Part shown: piece by piece, positions 27,022-38,793 of the stretch | Numbering within the stretch: position 1 is the first letter of the stretch | Layout of the letters: each line of letters starts with the position of its first letter | DNA from: Octopus bimaculoides | Taxonomy: Eukaryota | Direction of reading: 5' to 3' | Assembly: GCF_001194135.2 (NCBI RefSeq) | Contig: NC_068983.1 | Span: 103,460,604-103,524,603, forward strand | DNA: 64,000 bases | Made by a program: the position numbers and the translations under genes | The notes under the pieces: generated by a model | The model's input: the letters and a program-made list of their open reading frames with translations, nothing else | Database searches by the model: none | What the model was told of the DNA's origin: nothing

Positions 27022-28374
27022 TGTATTTTGTTAGAAATTTGGTCATGAAAAAGTTAACTGGTCAAATTGACAGAATTTTAAACTGTTGATTGGAAAGATT
27101 TACAGTTCATATCTTATCATTGATACTGCACTGTTTCTATGATCAGCATAATTAACTGAGACTGCCTTACAATGAAATAGGTATCATTGATTGTACATAT
27201 CACCACAGCAAGCAGTGGGAAAACTGCAGAAGTGAGGGATGCTTTGTTAGCTTCAAATTCATAGAGAAAATTCCACCATGAGTATCACTTGGAGAAGAAT
27301 GATCATTGTCAAGCTGACTTGCACAACAGCCCTATGGATTATGGCAGTATTTCTTGAAGTGTGAATGTGCAACACCAAGGTTCCAGGAGAAAATTCTTGG
27401 GTTTTTGCAAGATATGGTACCTTTTAATAAAAATTAATAAAAATTTCTTTTACTAACAACAACTATATCCATCATTTTAAAAATAATAGGTTAGGTTGCC
27501 ACAATAGTTACTGGGTTAAGTGACTTAATTACTCATCTGTATAATCTATGGCCAGGCATTTTACTCACTGATCTACTTTCCTGCTAAGGCTATAAAACTA
27601 TCCAGTCAGACCAGTGGTAGTTAGATTATCCCATACAGATATTCATTAGCAGCAATGTCTCCTGGAAGTCTTCTGAAACATACCTTGTACTAGGCTTGCT
27701 GGAACCATCACTTTGTTCAATCAAAGAAAGTCATATCAACTCACAACCAGTTCCATTTCTCCTTGACGGGGAGGATATAGAGTTTCAATAATTAGGTCTG
27801 ACATAGACACTGATATAGAAACACGCTCACATCTGCTTTTTCAAGCAAACTAACCAGCTTCATACAATATCAATAACAAGTTTATCTTATGCACAAGCAC
27901 AAATTACACATACACTACTATGTGTGTGTGTATATATATATTTTCATATATATTTAATGCGTGTGTATGTCTGTGTGTGTGTATGTATATATATATATGC
28001 ATGCTTGTATGCGCGTGCACACATAAATGTATGTATATAAATGCAGGTTAATAAGACAAGCAAGTACAAACACATGGATATATCATAATTTAGTAATATT
28101 CAATCACAAATTAAATCATACAGCAACACACTATCTATATGTTTATGCATATAAATATATCTATATAATATATATATACATATATAATATATATATATAT
28201 ATAAATGTATGACTATTTTTTCAATGTTTACAAATAACATGAAAAAAAATAAATAAATAGTTACCAAGGTAGCAAAAATTCACACAAGTACCAAGGGTGT
28301 AACAGCCTACTTATAAGGGTAGAAACTCCAGGTTTAGGTGAAATGTTTTTGTATAATATAGATAAATAAATAAA

Positions 28375-29036
28375 TGGAGGTAAGTGCAGGTGTTATTCAA
28401 ATCTTTTTACTTCAGACATGTTTCGAAGAAAACATTTTAACAGAATGTGATAACTGCATATATAATGAAGGGAATGCTAGCAAGTTTTCCGTATGATAAA
28501 GGTAAATCTTTTTGTCTGCTTTGTAACAGTGGAATGTATTTCATCATGTTCTCAGAGAATCCTCTTGTAAACACGTTTATAGAACGTGCTTATCATTGCA
28601 AACATTGGCAAAAACATACCTTTAGTTCCTATAAGTGATTTCTACTATTCTATAAAATTCGGCCTTTGTCTTCTTACATTTCATTTCCACTAAATATATC
28701 TACTCCCAAGCCTTTAAGCTTTATTCCTATTCACCTATTGCTCTATATCTCTCCACTATTAGTTTTCTGCTAATTTCTTTCTTTTCTCTTCCTTCTCTTT
28801 CTATAAACTACCTTTGACGTTATATCTATAATGGTTTTTTTTAAAAGAAACTTGCTAGCGTTCCCTTCATCATATTCTGTTAAAATGTCTTATTGATGTG
28901 TTTGGTTCCTTTCTTTCCCTGATGAGAACATTGCATTGTTTTACACCATTTTATTCCTTCTGGAATAATACCAATGTTTTCTTTGAAATATATGTCGGAA
29001 GTAAAAAGATTTGAATAACAGCTGCATTTAACTCCA
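28375..29036 (+). mobile_element. Penelope-like element 3' fragment with inverted 5' copy of its 3' end
   Basis: 28485-28638 encodes FPYDKGKSFCLLCNSGMYFIMFSENPLVNTFIERAYHCKHWQKHTF, resembling the PY..CxLC..YFI..LN..E..CxH C-terminus of PLE GIY-YIG proteins; 28375-28490 is the reverse complement of 28846-29036 minus an internal deletion. Confidence 0.75.
28914..29001 (+). ncRNA. Minimal type I hammerhead ribozyme fold (decayed) in the PLE 3' repeat
   Basis: UUUCC-CUGAUGA-[stem II GAACAUUG/CAAUGUU..UUU]-GAAA-UAUAU-GUC-GGAAG; stem I UUUCC/GGAAG; predicted cleavage after C28996. Confidence 0.65.
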
Positions 29037-29374
29037 AGGATATACACGATGAATATATATACATATATATATAATTGATAGAGGAAACGGAAGATGAATT
29101 TAGTATGAATTTTTATTCAGCATGACAATCATTTTGACCCATCCTACATCTGTCCGATAGGGGCAGGATACTGTGCACTTTGTGTTGCTTTAATCAGTGC
29201 AGGCTGTGTCTCTTCAGGTGCTTTGTGCAGAAAAGGATATCCCACTAGATATACTGAGTTCTCCTTAATATGTATACAAGTCTGACATAGGTGCTGGTAC
29301 AGAAACACACTCACATCAAGCACTAAAATATTACCATTATCATGCTTTGTTATTGTTATCTGCATTGATTTTTA

Positions 29375-29845
29375 ACCGGCATGCAATAAGCACCATGCAT
29401 GCGTGGGTCGTTGCCAGTGCTGCCTGAGTGGCTCCCCATGCCGGTGGCACGTAAAAAGCACCATCCGAACATGGTCGATGCTAGACCCCCACCCCCACCC
29501 ACCACGACTGGCTCCTGTGCCAGTAGCACGTAAAAACCACCATCTGAATGTGGCCGATGCCAGTGCCACCTGACTGGCTCCCGTGCCGGTGACACGTAAA
29601 AAGCACCCACTACACTCTTGGAGTGGTTGGCATTAGGAAGGGCATCCAACTGTAGAAACACTGCCAGATCAGATTGGAACCTGGTGCGGCCTCCTAGCTT
29701 GCCAGTCNNNNNNNNNNTAGAAACACTGCCAGATCAGATTGGAACCTGGTGCGGCCTCCTAGCTTGCCAGTCCCCAGTCAAACCGTCCAACCCATGCCAG
29801 CATGGAAAACGGACGTTAAACAATGATGATGATTATGATGATGAT
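29375..29845 (+). mobile_element. Retroposon family D with three internal tandem units
   Basis: Same units and tail as 16290-16742; spans a 10-N gap with artefactual duplicated flank. Confidence 0.8.
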
Positions 29846-30127
29846 GATATATATATATATATATTTGCATGCGTGTGCATGTAAACACACATGAGCAACT
29901 GTGCATTAATGTTGATATTCCATGCTTGTCATTGCCTGAGAAAAACAGTGATGCTAAATATTTTTCGTCAGTTTTCCTGGTCACTATGCTTTCAAAGAGC
30001 AATAGAATGCATACATATATATATATACATATATACATACATAGGATGAATTCTTTTATAAGAATTTATCAAGTAGCTAGTGTGAAAAAAACCTCATAAA
30101 GAAAAAATCCATCATTTATTCCCCAAA

Positions 30128-30260
30128 ATATATTTATTTATACAAGGGCATTACTATACATGAATGCCTCACACTAAGAGGGACTCTTAGCATCCCTCTT
30201 AGAGTCCCTCTTAGCATGAGGCATTCATGTATAGTAATGCCCTTATATAAATAAATATAT
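30128..30260. repeat. Near-perfect 133-bp palindrome (possible palindromic MITE)
   Basis: ~63-bp arms with about 4 mismatches and a ~7-nt loop. Confidence 0.9.
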
Positions 30261-30271
30261 ACATACATATA

Positions 30272-31010
30272 CAAGGATACCTCATTTTACGTAACCCCGA
30301 TTTATGAAACCTCATCTTTATGAATTGTAGATGAAAAACGAAAAAATTGGTTATCATGGCAACGAGAGTCACTTCCAGTCTGGCAGCAGTCTGTTACCTT
30401 GAGCAATCACCAGCAACTTCTAGCCCACATTTTATCTTCCTTCACTGCATTCATCTTTTTTTTATTATTTTTATGAATACCCTTGTGATGGCTTCAAAAA
30501 GAAAGAATTCTGAGAAGCAAAGCAAGGATAAGAAGAAATGTGAAGCAATTACTTTAAAAATAAAAGATGAATTGATTAAGCAACACGAGAAAGGTGCAAG
30601 TGTTAAAGATTTATCAAAAAATCTGATATGGCTCCTTCATCTAGTTGCATCAACTTGAAGGAAAAGGCAGGTTATTTGAATAAAAGGAAGGCACTCTAAG
30701 TTCCACTTGGTTATGAAGAAAAGATAATGAAAGTTTAATTTTACACGCAGAAAAACTTTCGACAGCTTGGATTAACAATCAAATTCATAGATTTCATATG
30801 CCACTTAGTCAGGCTATAATTTGCTGTGAAGCAATTTCCCTTTTTAACTCGCATAAGGATAAATCAGATGGATCAAATGAAACAATTGTAGTGAGCAATG
30901 GATGATTTGACAGTTAAAAAAAAAAAACGAGCAAATCCACACAATGTGAAGATCCAAAGAGAATCATCTAGTGCAGATAAAAAAGCTGCAGAAACATTTC
31001 CTCACCAATT
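30272..31010 (+). pseudogene. Tigger/pogo (CENP-B-like) transposon 5' fragment
   Basis: TA|CAAGGATACCTC terminus; ATG at 30488 MASKRK...KKKCEAITLKIKDELIKQHEKG (psq-type HTH); later HNVKIQRESSSADKKAAETFP, matching the Tigger GEAASAD..AAE.FP motif; frameshifted. Confidence 0.85.
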
Positions 31011-32629
31011 AGATTTAATTGTTTACACACGCATTATATATATTAATATATATATGTATACATAGAGAGTGAGAGAGAGGGAGAGAGAGAGAGATACATA
31101 CATTCATACACACACTAACAAACATACAAATAAATATATATAAGCCAGTGCCATGTAAAAAGTATTTGTACTGGTGTCATGCAAAAAGTACTCATGCCAG
31201 CAGCACATTAAAAGCACCCAGCACACACTGTAAAGTGGTTGGTGTTAAGAAGGGCATTCAGACATAGAAACCAAGGCAAATCAGACTGGGAACCTGGTGC
31301 ATCTCTCCAGCTGCCAGCTTTGGTCAAACTGTCCAACCCATGCTAGCATGGAAAATGGATGTTAATGAATGATGATGATAATGATATATATATATATATA
31401 NNNNNNNNNNNNNNNNNNNNNNNNNNNNNNNNNNNNNNNNNNNNNNNNNNNNNNNNNNNNNNNNNNNNNNNNNNNNNNNNNNNNNNNNNNNNNNNNNNNN
31501 NNNNNNNNNNNNNNNNNNNNNNNNNNNNNNNNNNNNNNNNNNNNNNNNNNNNNNNNNNNNNNNNNNNNNNNNNNNNNNNNNNNNNNNNNNNNNNNNNNNN
31601 NNNNNNNNNNNNNNNNNNNNNNNNNNNNNNNNNNNNNNNNNNNNNNNNNNNNNNNNNNNNNNTATACATATATATATATATATATTATATACACACACAC
31701 ACACACGCTTATTAATTACCTCGTCACTTAGATATGCAATATTGGTAGTATAAGTATTACTGATATTGACGGAAGCTTCAGTACTGTAAGTATGCCAAGT
31801 CTATTTTAGACGACAATTAGATGGTAAAGACAGGAAATAAATAAATGAAAACAACTTTTATTACTCAACAAAACAACAGTACCAGCAACAACAACATTTA
31901 ATAGGAAGCTTAGCAAAGTCATTTAAAAGTAAATTAATTATAATTGCAAAGATTGTTAACTATTGACACTAAGTAGCCAAAGCAGTTTCTCTGGGACAGA
32001 GTCTAGCTGAAACATCCAATCAGAATTTAATGTGTAGTTACATACATAGGAGGCTTCCAATGATGTCAGTATTACTATTAGTATTACAGGGCGTAGTGGG
32101 AATAGTGATGGTAATGATATTACTAGGAGTGGTTGAGGTAGTAATATTAATAATATTAGCAGTGGTGGTGGTGCTGGTGGTAATAATAGTAGTGTCAGTT
32201 GTGACAGCAAAGTCTGTGGTTACCAATGTGGTAAAGTTCTTGTGGCATATTGTTTCAGCTCTAGGTCACGTTTGATTGAGCTTACGCACAAAGATATTTG
32301 AGCTATGGCCATCCTATTTTTCTGTCCACCATAACATACATAACTTCAGTCATGTATAACTTAATAGCACCAACTTGAATAGTTTTTTAAAGTTATATTT
32401 TAGGACACCGTACGTAGCCCATTTGAGTAGGGAGTGGTTGTTTGCTGATATGTATGAAGGTGTTAGTCAGTTTGTCAGATATTTCTTGGGAACAATTTAT
32501 CTAGGTATCTATTGAATGTTATGGTGGGGGGGGGGGTATTTCTTCTTTGACTTCTTTCAGGATAATGTTGAATGAGACAGGACCAGTTGAGGCAACATAT
32601 AAATATTTGTATATATGTAATATTTTCTT

Positions 32630-33355
32630 TTCAGTAAATGTCCCTGTTTATTATGTAAGAAAGATGTACGTAAAAATTCCATACAGTGTACCAAATGCAG
32701 GCTATGGACACACAAGAGGTGCAGTTAGGTTACTGGAGAATGTAGACTTTGTGACAGATGTACCAGATCAATAAACACAGGAGATAGATCTTCTCAAATA
32801 CTCTGGATGTTTCCTAAAAGCAGTAGATAGTTTCTGTTATCTAGATAACCTAATTAGCAGTGGCCAAGGCTGTTCTGAAAAAATAGTTTCTAGAATAAGA
32901 CTATGATGAAGAAAGTTCAGGGAGTTATTAACCCTGTTGGTAACAAAAGGTCTCTCTTCAAAGTGAAAAGCAGATTGTATGATGCTTGTGTACAAACAGC
33001 ACTGTTAAATAGTAATGAGACATGGGCTCTGGATGCAGAGATGTAAAGACTAAAAAGGAATGAAGCTAGGATACTCCAACGAATGTGAAACATCAAGTGT
33101 GCATGCACGACAAAGAGCAAATGTGTTGAAAGAAAAACTGGTCAAAAGAGAAATTAGATGTAGCGTGCAAGTTAGAAGACTGAGCTGGTATGGTCATGTG
33201 ATGTATATGGATTACAACAGCTATATAAAGCAGTACTGATCATTTATAGTGGATAGAACTTGAAGCAGGAAACCCAGGAAAATATGAGATAATGCAGTGA
33301 AGGCTGATCAAGACACTGGGCCTCACGATGGAGATGACAAAGAACCAAGATGAGT
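32630..33355 (+). pseudogene. RTE-clade (RTEX-like) LINE ORF2 3' fragment
   Basis: PCLLCKKDVRKNSIQCTKCRLWTHKRCS zinc finger, VDSFCYL, KFRELLTLLVTKG, LYDACVQTALLNSNETWAL, RRLSWYGHVM; many stops. Confidence 0.85.
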
Positions 33356-34182
33356 CTAGTACAGGAGTTGGTTGATATAACTGGCAGTTCTCTCCACAAA
33401 AATGTATGACCATATGTCTATATAAGGACTGAATATAACTTTGTGACTAAAGTTTTAAAGTAAGCTAACTGAATACTAGGCTCTTTGGTGCAAAGTTCAT
33501 TTACTACTGCCACTATTATATTAAACAACATGCACTAAATAATCATCTACAATCTCCCTTACTAAAGTTTTCTAGAACTTGTTTTTCCACCCTATCCCCC
33601 ACCACGCCCCATCTCTCATTCACTTCTGTTCCCATCAATTATAACCTTCAACATTTCAAACCAAAATATCAACTGCACCGAATCCCACTCAAATCGTGCA
33701 GTAGTTCTACATTAGAAATGGTCTCTGCAGGATATGGGTGGAGTTTTTTCCAAAACAGCACTTAAAGAGGAGGAAGAGGATGGCAGAAAAAGCGACAAAC
33801 ACACACACACACACAATAGATAAACAAAAAAGAATTGTCTGTGATCCACAATCACCCAAGAAAGAGGCTTCCCTACAATTGACATAATTAAGTACAATGT
33901 TTACTCATTTTAAGTATAATGGTATCTATAATTAGTCCTAAACGGCAAACCCCTTGCAGCAAATTTTCCAGATGACTTCCAAAATTAGTTAAGGTTTATC
34001 TACACTTTGAACTCTGTAAACTAGACAAAATAAATTCACACAATAACCTATTTTCAAACGCTTCATTGTATTTCTAGCAAAAAGGCAGAGTGTCATTATA
34101 GATAATCCATATTCTTGAATCAGAAAGTTTAGTTAGGCTAATCCAGAACATCTAAAACTAATGCTTCATAGTTAACCTTTAA

Positions 34183-34810
34183 CTCATTTATTACTATATT
34201 TCTGTTGAAACATACTGCCTCTGTCTCAATTAATTGTGAAAATAATGAAGAACTTTAGTGAAATAACTTTATCTATAATAATAAATGCGAAATTCTGTCT
34301 ATCTGCCCATCTGGGACCTCTGTATCTCAGTCTACATTTGCTCTACATAGACATATTATACCTTATTGGAATCAGGATGATGCTGGGATTGAAAATTTGC
34401 CCTTCGTTTGGTTCTTGAACATCCAGCATTGGAATCCAGTCTGGATGAGGATTTGTTACATGCTCACAGTTGAAAATACAAATTTTAAAAGAACTCCAAA
34501 AATTTGTGAACTTACAAGTTTTTCATTTAAACTGAATTTGAAATAAAACTATACTGGTAGGGTACCCATAAGTGCTTTATCATTATTGCACTCTTTAGTT
34601 TGGGGCTGTAGGACCAATTAATCCTCCACAGGAACTAGCTTCAAAAAGTCTGCACGGAATGTGGCTTTTAAGCTAATGGTTAATAAAATGGTGTTTGCAA
34701 TATAAATTTAAACAAAACTGTGATAGCAAGTTTTAATTAAGACCACTTTAAAACATGAAGTTTGTATCGAAGAACCAGGACTGGTCTCAGGTAGGTTGGT
34801 ATCAAAAGGA
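34183..34810 (+). mobile_element. piggyBac-like MITE family 2 split by an insertion
   Basis: TTAA at both flanks; family body stops at taacttta (34271) and resumes at ~34677. Confidence 0.6.
34272..34676 (+). mobile_element. Probable non-autonomous Helitron
   Basis: A|TCTATAATAATAAATGCGAAATTCTGTCTATCTG 5' end; 3' GCACG-GAA-TGTGGC hairpin-like motif then CTAA|T (CTAG variant); inserted between A and T with no TSD. Confidence 0.5.
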
Positions 34811-35758
34811 TTAAATCAAGTTCCATAGTTAAGTTCCAGGCTAAGACAAATTTCATAGAACTGGTGATTAGCTCCAATCTCTGTAACACTAAATGAATGA
34901 CAAGGCAAATCTCACTCATCAGATATTAATAATATTAATAATAATAATAATAATAATCCTTTCTACTATAGGCACAAGGCCTGAAATATGGTGCGAGAGG
35001 ACCAGTTGATAAGATTGACTCCAGTATGCAACTGGTACTTAATTTATCGACCCCGAAAGGATGAAAGGCAAAGTCAACCTCAGCGGAATAATAATGATAA
35101 TAATAATAATGAAGGTTGCATTATATGTACACATATGGCCGTTTGGTTGAGAAGCTCATTTTGCAACCACATGGTTCTAGGTTTAGTCCCATTGTGCAAG
35201 TGGGCAAGACCTTGGGCAAGTGTCTTGTACTACAGCCCCAAACCAACCGAAGCTTTATGAGTTTGATGTACGAAAACTGTATGGAAGGCCTTCAGATATG
35301 CACGCATGCGCGTACATGTGTATCTTTGTGTGTCCCCTTTTGACAAGCAGCATTGGTTTGTTTACATCTCCAAAATTTAGTAATTTGGCTACAGAGACCA
35401 GTAGATTTTTAAAAATAAGTACTGGTGGGGTGATTGTTTGAGTAAACCCTTCAAAGACAGTGGTCCTGGCATGGCTGCAGTTCAACGACTGGAACATGTA
35501 ACAGATTAAAGATCAGAAAAAGTAGATCCTGGATAACACTTCAAAGTTGGGATGGTTATGTTGGGCAAGACATTGATGATAAGTCTACTCGAGCAGAGAT
35601 GATCTGGTACTAAACAACAGTAATAATAATGTCAAGCATCTAGTGTGAAACTCTCATTGTTACTTTAACAACAGAAATAGTAACTAACTTTATATAATAT
35701 TGCTTCTTCAGACATCATAAGTCTAGAAATTTATCTATAGGAAATGGTGGAGAACGTA

Positions 35759-35766
35759 TGACGTCA
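35759..35766. promoter_or_regulatory. Perfect CRE palindrome TGACGTCA in a CpG-retaining segment
   Basis: Exact 8-mer match; function untested. Confidence 0.3.
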
Positions 35767-36479
35767 TTGAAGTGAAATATCTATAAGGAACCAGAACCAT
35801 GTAGTAGAGTAAAACAAACAATTACGACACTCCCGTCATCCTCTTCGATCATGGATCGCTATCATCATGGCCATGATCATCATCATCATCATCAGCAGCA
35901 GCAGCAGCATTAGTATGATGATCATCATCGTCATCATCACCACCAACACCACCACCACAATAAGAAAGAGGGAAATGGAGTAGTTTGCTGAAAGACAATG
36001 ATGAATAGATGAAATCTAGAATAGAATGCCACATGGGTATATTATGCATTTTTGTTTTACTTTCCATTGTGTGTTTGTGTGTGTGTGAGAGGGAGAGAGA
36101 GAGACAGACAGAATAACTGTGTATGTGATTGTGTATGAATATGTGTATGTACATACGAGAAAGAGAGAGAAGAAGGAGAAATTGTTTATGTGTGTGTTTA
36201 CACGTAAGAGAGAGCAACAGAGAACAAACGAAATTTCTAAATAAAGGGTGAACATGTTTGTGAAAAGCAAGACGATGTAGAAAGGGATTCAATATCATGT
36301 GAACGTAAAACAAAACTCCTGTAAAGACACTTCAAATGGTATTCACTGAATGGATTTTATTATAATCATGGGAGTATTCAAGTGTTTGTGTGTGTGCGTA
36401 AACTAAACTGAATGACCTGTTGGTTTCGTTTTGTTTTCTCTCTTATATACACACATATGTCACACACAAGTACAAATAT

Positions 36480-36530
36480 ATATTCATATATGTATGTATA
36501 TATGTATATATATATGTGTGTGTGTGTGTA

Positions 36531-36586
<56 letters not shown>

Positions 36587-36592
36587 TATACA

Positions 36593-36626
<34 letters not shown>

Positions 36627-36741
36627 CACACATATATATATGTATATATAAATACAAAATACATATATATGTATGTATATATATATATGTATGTATATAT
36701 ATACACACATATATATATATATATATAAATACATATATATG

Positions 36742-36814
<73 letters not shown>

Positions 36815-37035
36815 NNNNNNNNNNNNNNNNNNNNNNNNNNNNNNNNNNNNNNNNNNNNNNNNNNNNNNNNNNNNNNNNNNNNNNNNNNNNNNNNNNNNNN
36901 NNNNNNNNNNNNNNNNNNNNNNNNNNNNNNNNNNNNNNNNNNNNNNNNNNNNNNNNNNNNNNNNNNNNNNNNNNNNNNNNNNNNNNNNNNNNNNNNNNNN
37001 NNNNNNNTATATATATATATATATATATATATATA
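36480..37035. repeat. Long (TA)n/(TATG)n microsatellite spanning an assembly gap
   Basis: Direct inspection; source of the YI-repeat ORFs. Confidence 0.95.
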
Positions 37036-37459
37036 ACGTTTATGTGAGTGTCTATGTGTATGTAATATGTGCTTAACTATTTAAAAGTGTGATAAGTATA
37101 CTAAGAAGGATTGGTTTCTAACGTCAAATGAGAGTGGGGAAATGAAATTAAAATAACAACTGTAAAAAGGCGCAAACAAAACTAAAAAACATCAAAAGCA
37201 ACAAGAGGAAGTGAAATAATTCAAGAGTAACATCAGAGGAAATTGCATGGGACTCGAAATTTTCTTCCAAACAAGGAGATGATCTTAACTAAAAGGAACG
37301 TTTGTGCTTGCGTGACATGCCTAACAACACGATTGCTTTAACGAGACAAGGGAGCCTCTATATGATCACTTGACCTGCTAGTAATCTGATGCCTAACCTC
37401 CCTCAAATCACACCTTACTGTTTTTAAAAAAGAGAAAAACGGAAAAGACACTATATCTA

Positions 37460-37667
37460 TTACTAGTTTCAGTCATTTGACTGCAACCATGCTGGGGTAC
37501 TTGCCTCGAAGGGTTTTAATCAAATGAATTGACCCCTGGAATTATTTTTTAGGCCTGGTATTTGTTCTATTGGTCTTTTATACCAAACCACTAAGTTATA
37601 GCTGAGATACATGGGCATAAACAAACCAACACAAAATGTCAAGCGGTGGTGGGAGATAAACACAAAG

Positions 37668-37702
<35 letters not shown>

Positions 37703-38105
37703 CATATATATCATCATCATCATCATCATCGTTTAACGTCCGCTTTCTATGCTAGCATGGGTTGGACGATTTGACTGAGGACTGGTGAAACCAGATGGCT
37801 ACACTAGGCTCCAATCTGATTTGACAGAGTTTCTACAGCTGGATGCCCTTCCTAACACCAACCACTCAGTGTAGAGGGTGCTTTTACGTATCACCTGCAC
37901 GGAGGCCAGTCAGGTGGTACTGGCAACGGCCACGCTCAAAATGGTGTATTTTATGTGCCACCCGCACACAATGAGCTTCTTTTAGTATCCATCCACTAAA
38001 TCCATTCAGAAGACTTTGATCAGCTGAAGGCATATGCCCAAGGCGCCATACAGTGGGACTAAACCCAGAATCATATGGTTGGGAAGAAACCTTCTTACTA
38101 CAGAG
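37460..38105 (-). mobile_element. SINE A1 with a family D copy (37709-37970, minus) inserted in its microsatellite
   Basis: A1 tail and 3' module, then (CA)(TA), D element, then A head resumes at ~37972. Confidence 0.75.
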
Positions 38106-38709
38106 CCCCTAATGTGGTCGTAGATATACCCTCAAAATCAAACAGGTTGGTTCCGGACGGAATGTCTTTGATCTTAATCAGGGCTGATGTGGGCCTAAAA
38201 AGCAGCAGCGGCAACAACGATTTCATTATCATTTGTTGCTTAGGTATCCTAACACAAGTTAACTTTGCTGCAAGCTTTCAAACAAGTAAATACCAGCCCA
38301 TGCTCTCCCTGCTGACACCGTCTGATCTGTGGGGCATTCAAGTTGGGTACTTCAATTTCATGAGTCTAGAAAAATCCTGGATTGAGCAGTGCCTCTTCCC
38401 TCACACTGTCTCATATTAACTTTTATGTGGTATAACAAATTTTAAAACAGAATATTTCAGTACAAATAAAAAAGGTAGAATAAATATTAATTTTAAATTC
38501 TGGCACGTGGCCAGCAATTTCGGGGAAGGGGGTAAATCGGTTACATTAACGCCAATGCTCAACTGGTACATTTTTTTACTGGCCCCGAAAGGATGCGAAG
38601 TAAAGTCAACCTCAGTAGAATTTGAACTCAGAGCATAAAGCCAGAAGAAATGCTGCAAACAATTTTGCCAGCTTGCCACCTTAGAAAGGAAGAATAAATA
38701 TTGATATAC

Positions 38710-38793
38710 CAAGATAACTTTGTGTCTGATGTGGAGAGGGTAAGTTCTAACATTTCAGACACAGCCTGTTTCTCTTGAAGGAAAAGGGCAGCA
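38710..38793 (-). CDS. Candidate 84-nt symmetric exon (AALFLQEKQAVSEMLELTLSTSDTKLS)
   Basis: ctgac branch-like site plus tttctctttgtcacag acceptor; one open frame; donor TTG|GTATAT (weak); no recognised homology. Confidence 0.25.

Noticed and set aside
27253-27420. Minus-strand frame VPYLAK...MIILLQVILMVEFSL* resembling a GPI-anchor tail
   Set aside because: Hydrophobic tails are common in AT-rich random frames; the putative upstream exon is a repeat fragment.
29144-29365. 73-aa ORF that looks protein-like
   Set aside because: Homologous to dispersed repeat copies at ~55560-55770 and ~27780-27830; frame not evidently conserved.
29653-29772. Apparent tandem duplication around a 10-N gap (also at 42791, 49708, 57879 and 62161)
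   Set aside because: Identical sequence on both sides of fixed-length 10-N gaps indicates unmerged contig overlaps, an assembly artefact.
32030-32275. Thr-rich mucin-like and Val-rich ORFs on both strands
   Set aside because: Degenerate (AGT/GGT)n trinucleotide low-complexity tract.
33734-33823. 29-aa ORF starting MGGVFSK (N-myristoylation-like)
   Set aside because: Runs into (CA)n and stops with no splice donor; expected by chance.
36378-37047. Long ORFs up to 201 aa (YI/HT/ER repeats; also 2414-2839, 31324-31731 and 53727-54108)
   Set aside because: Read-through of microsatellites and N-gaps; no coding signal.
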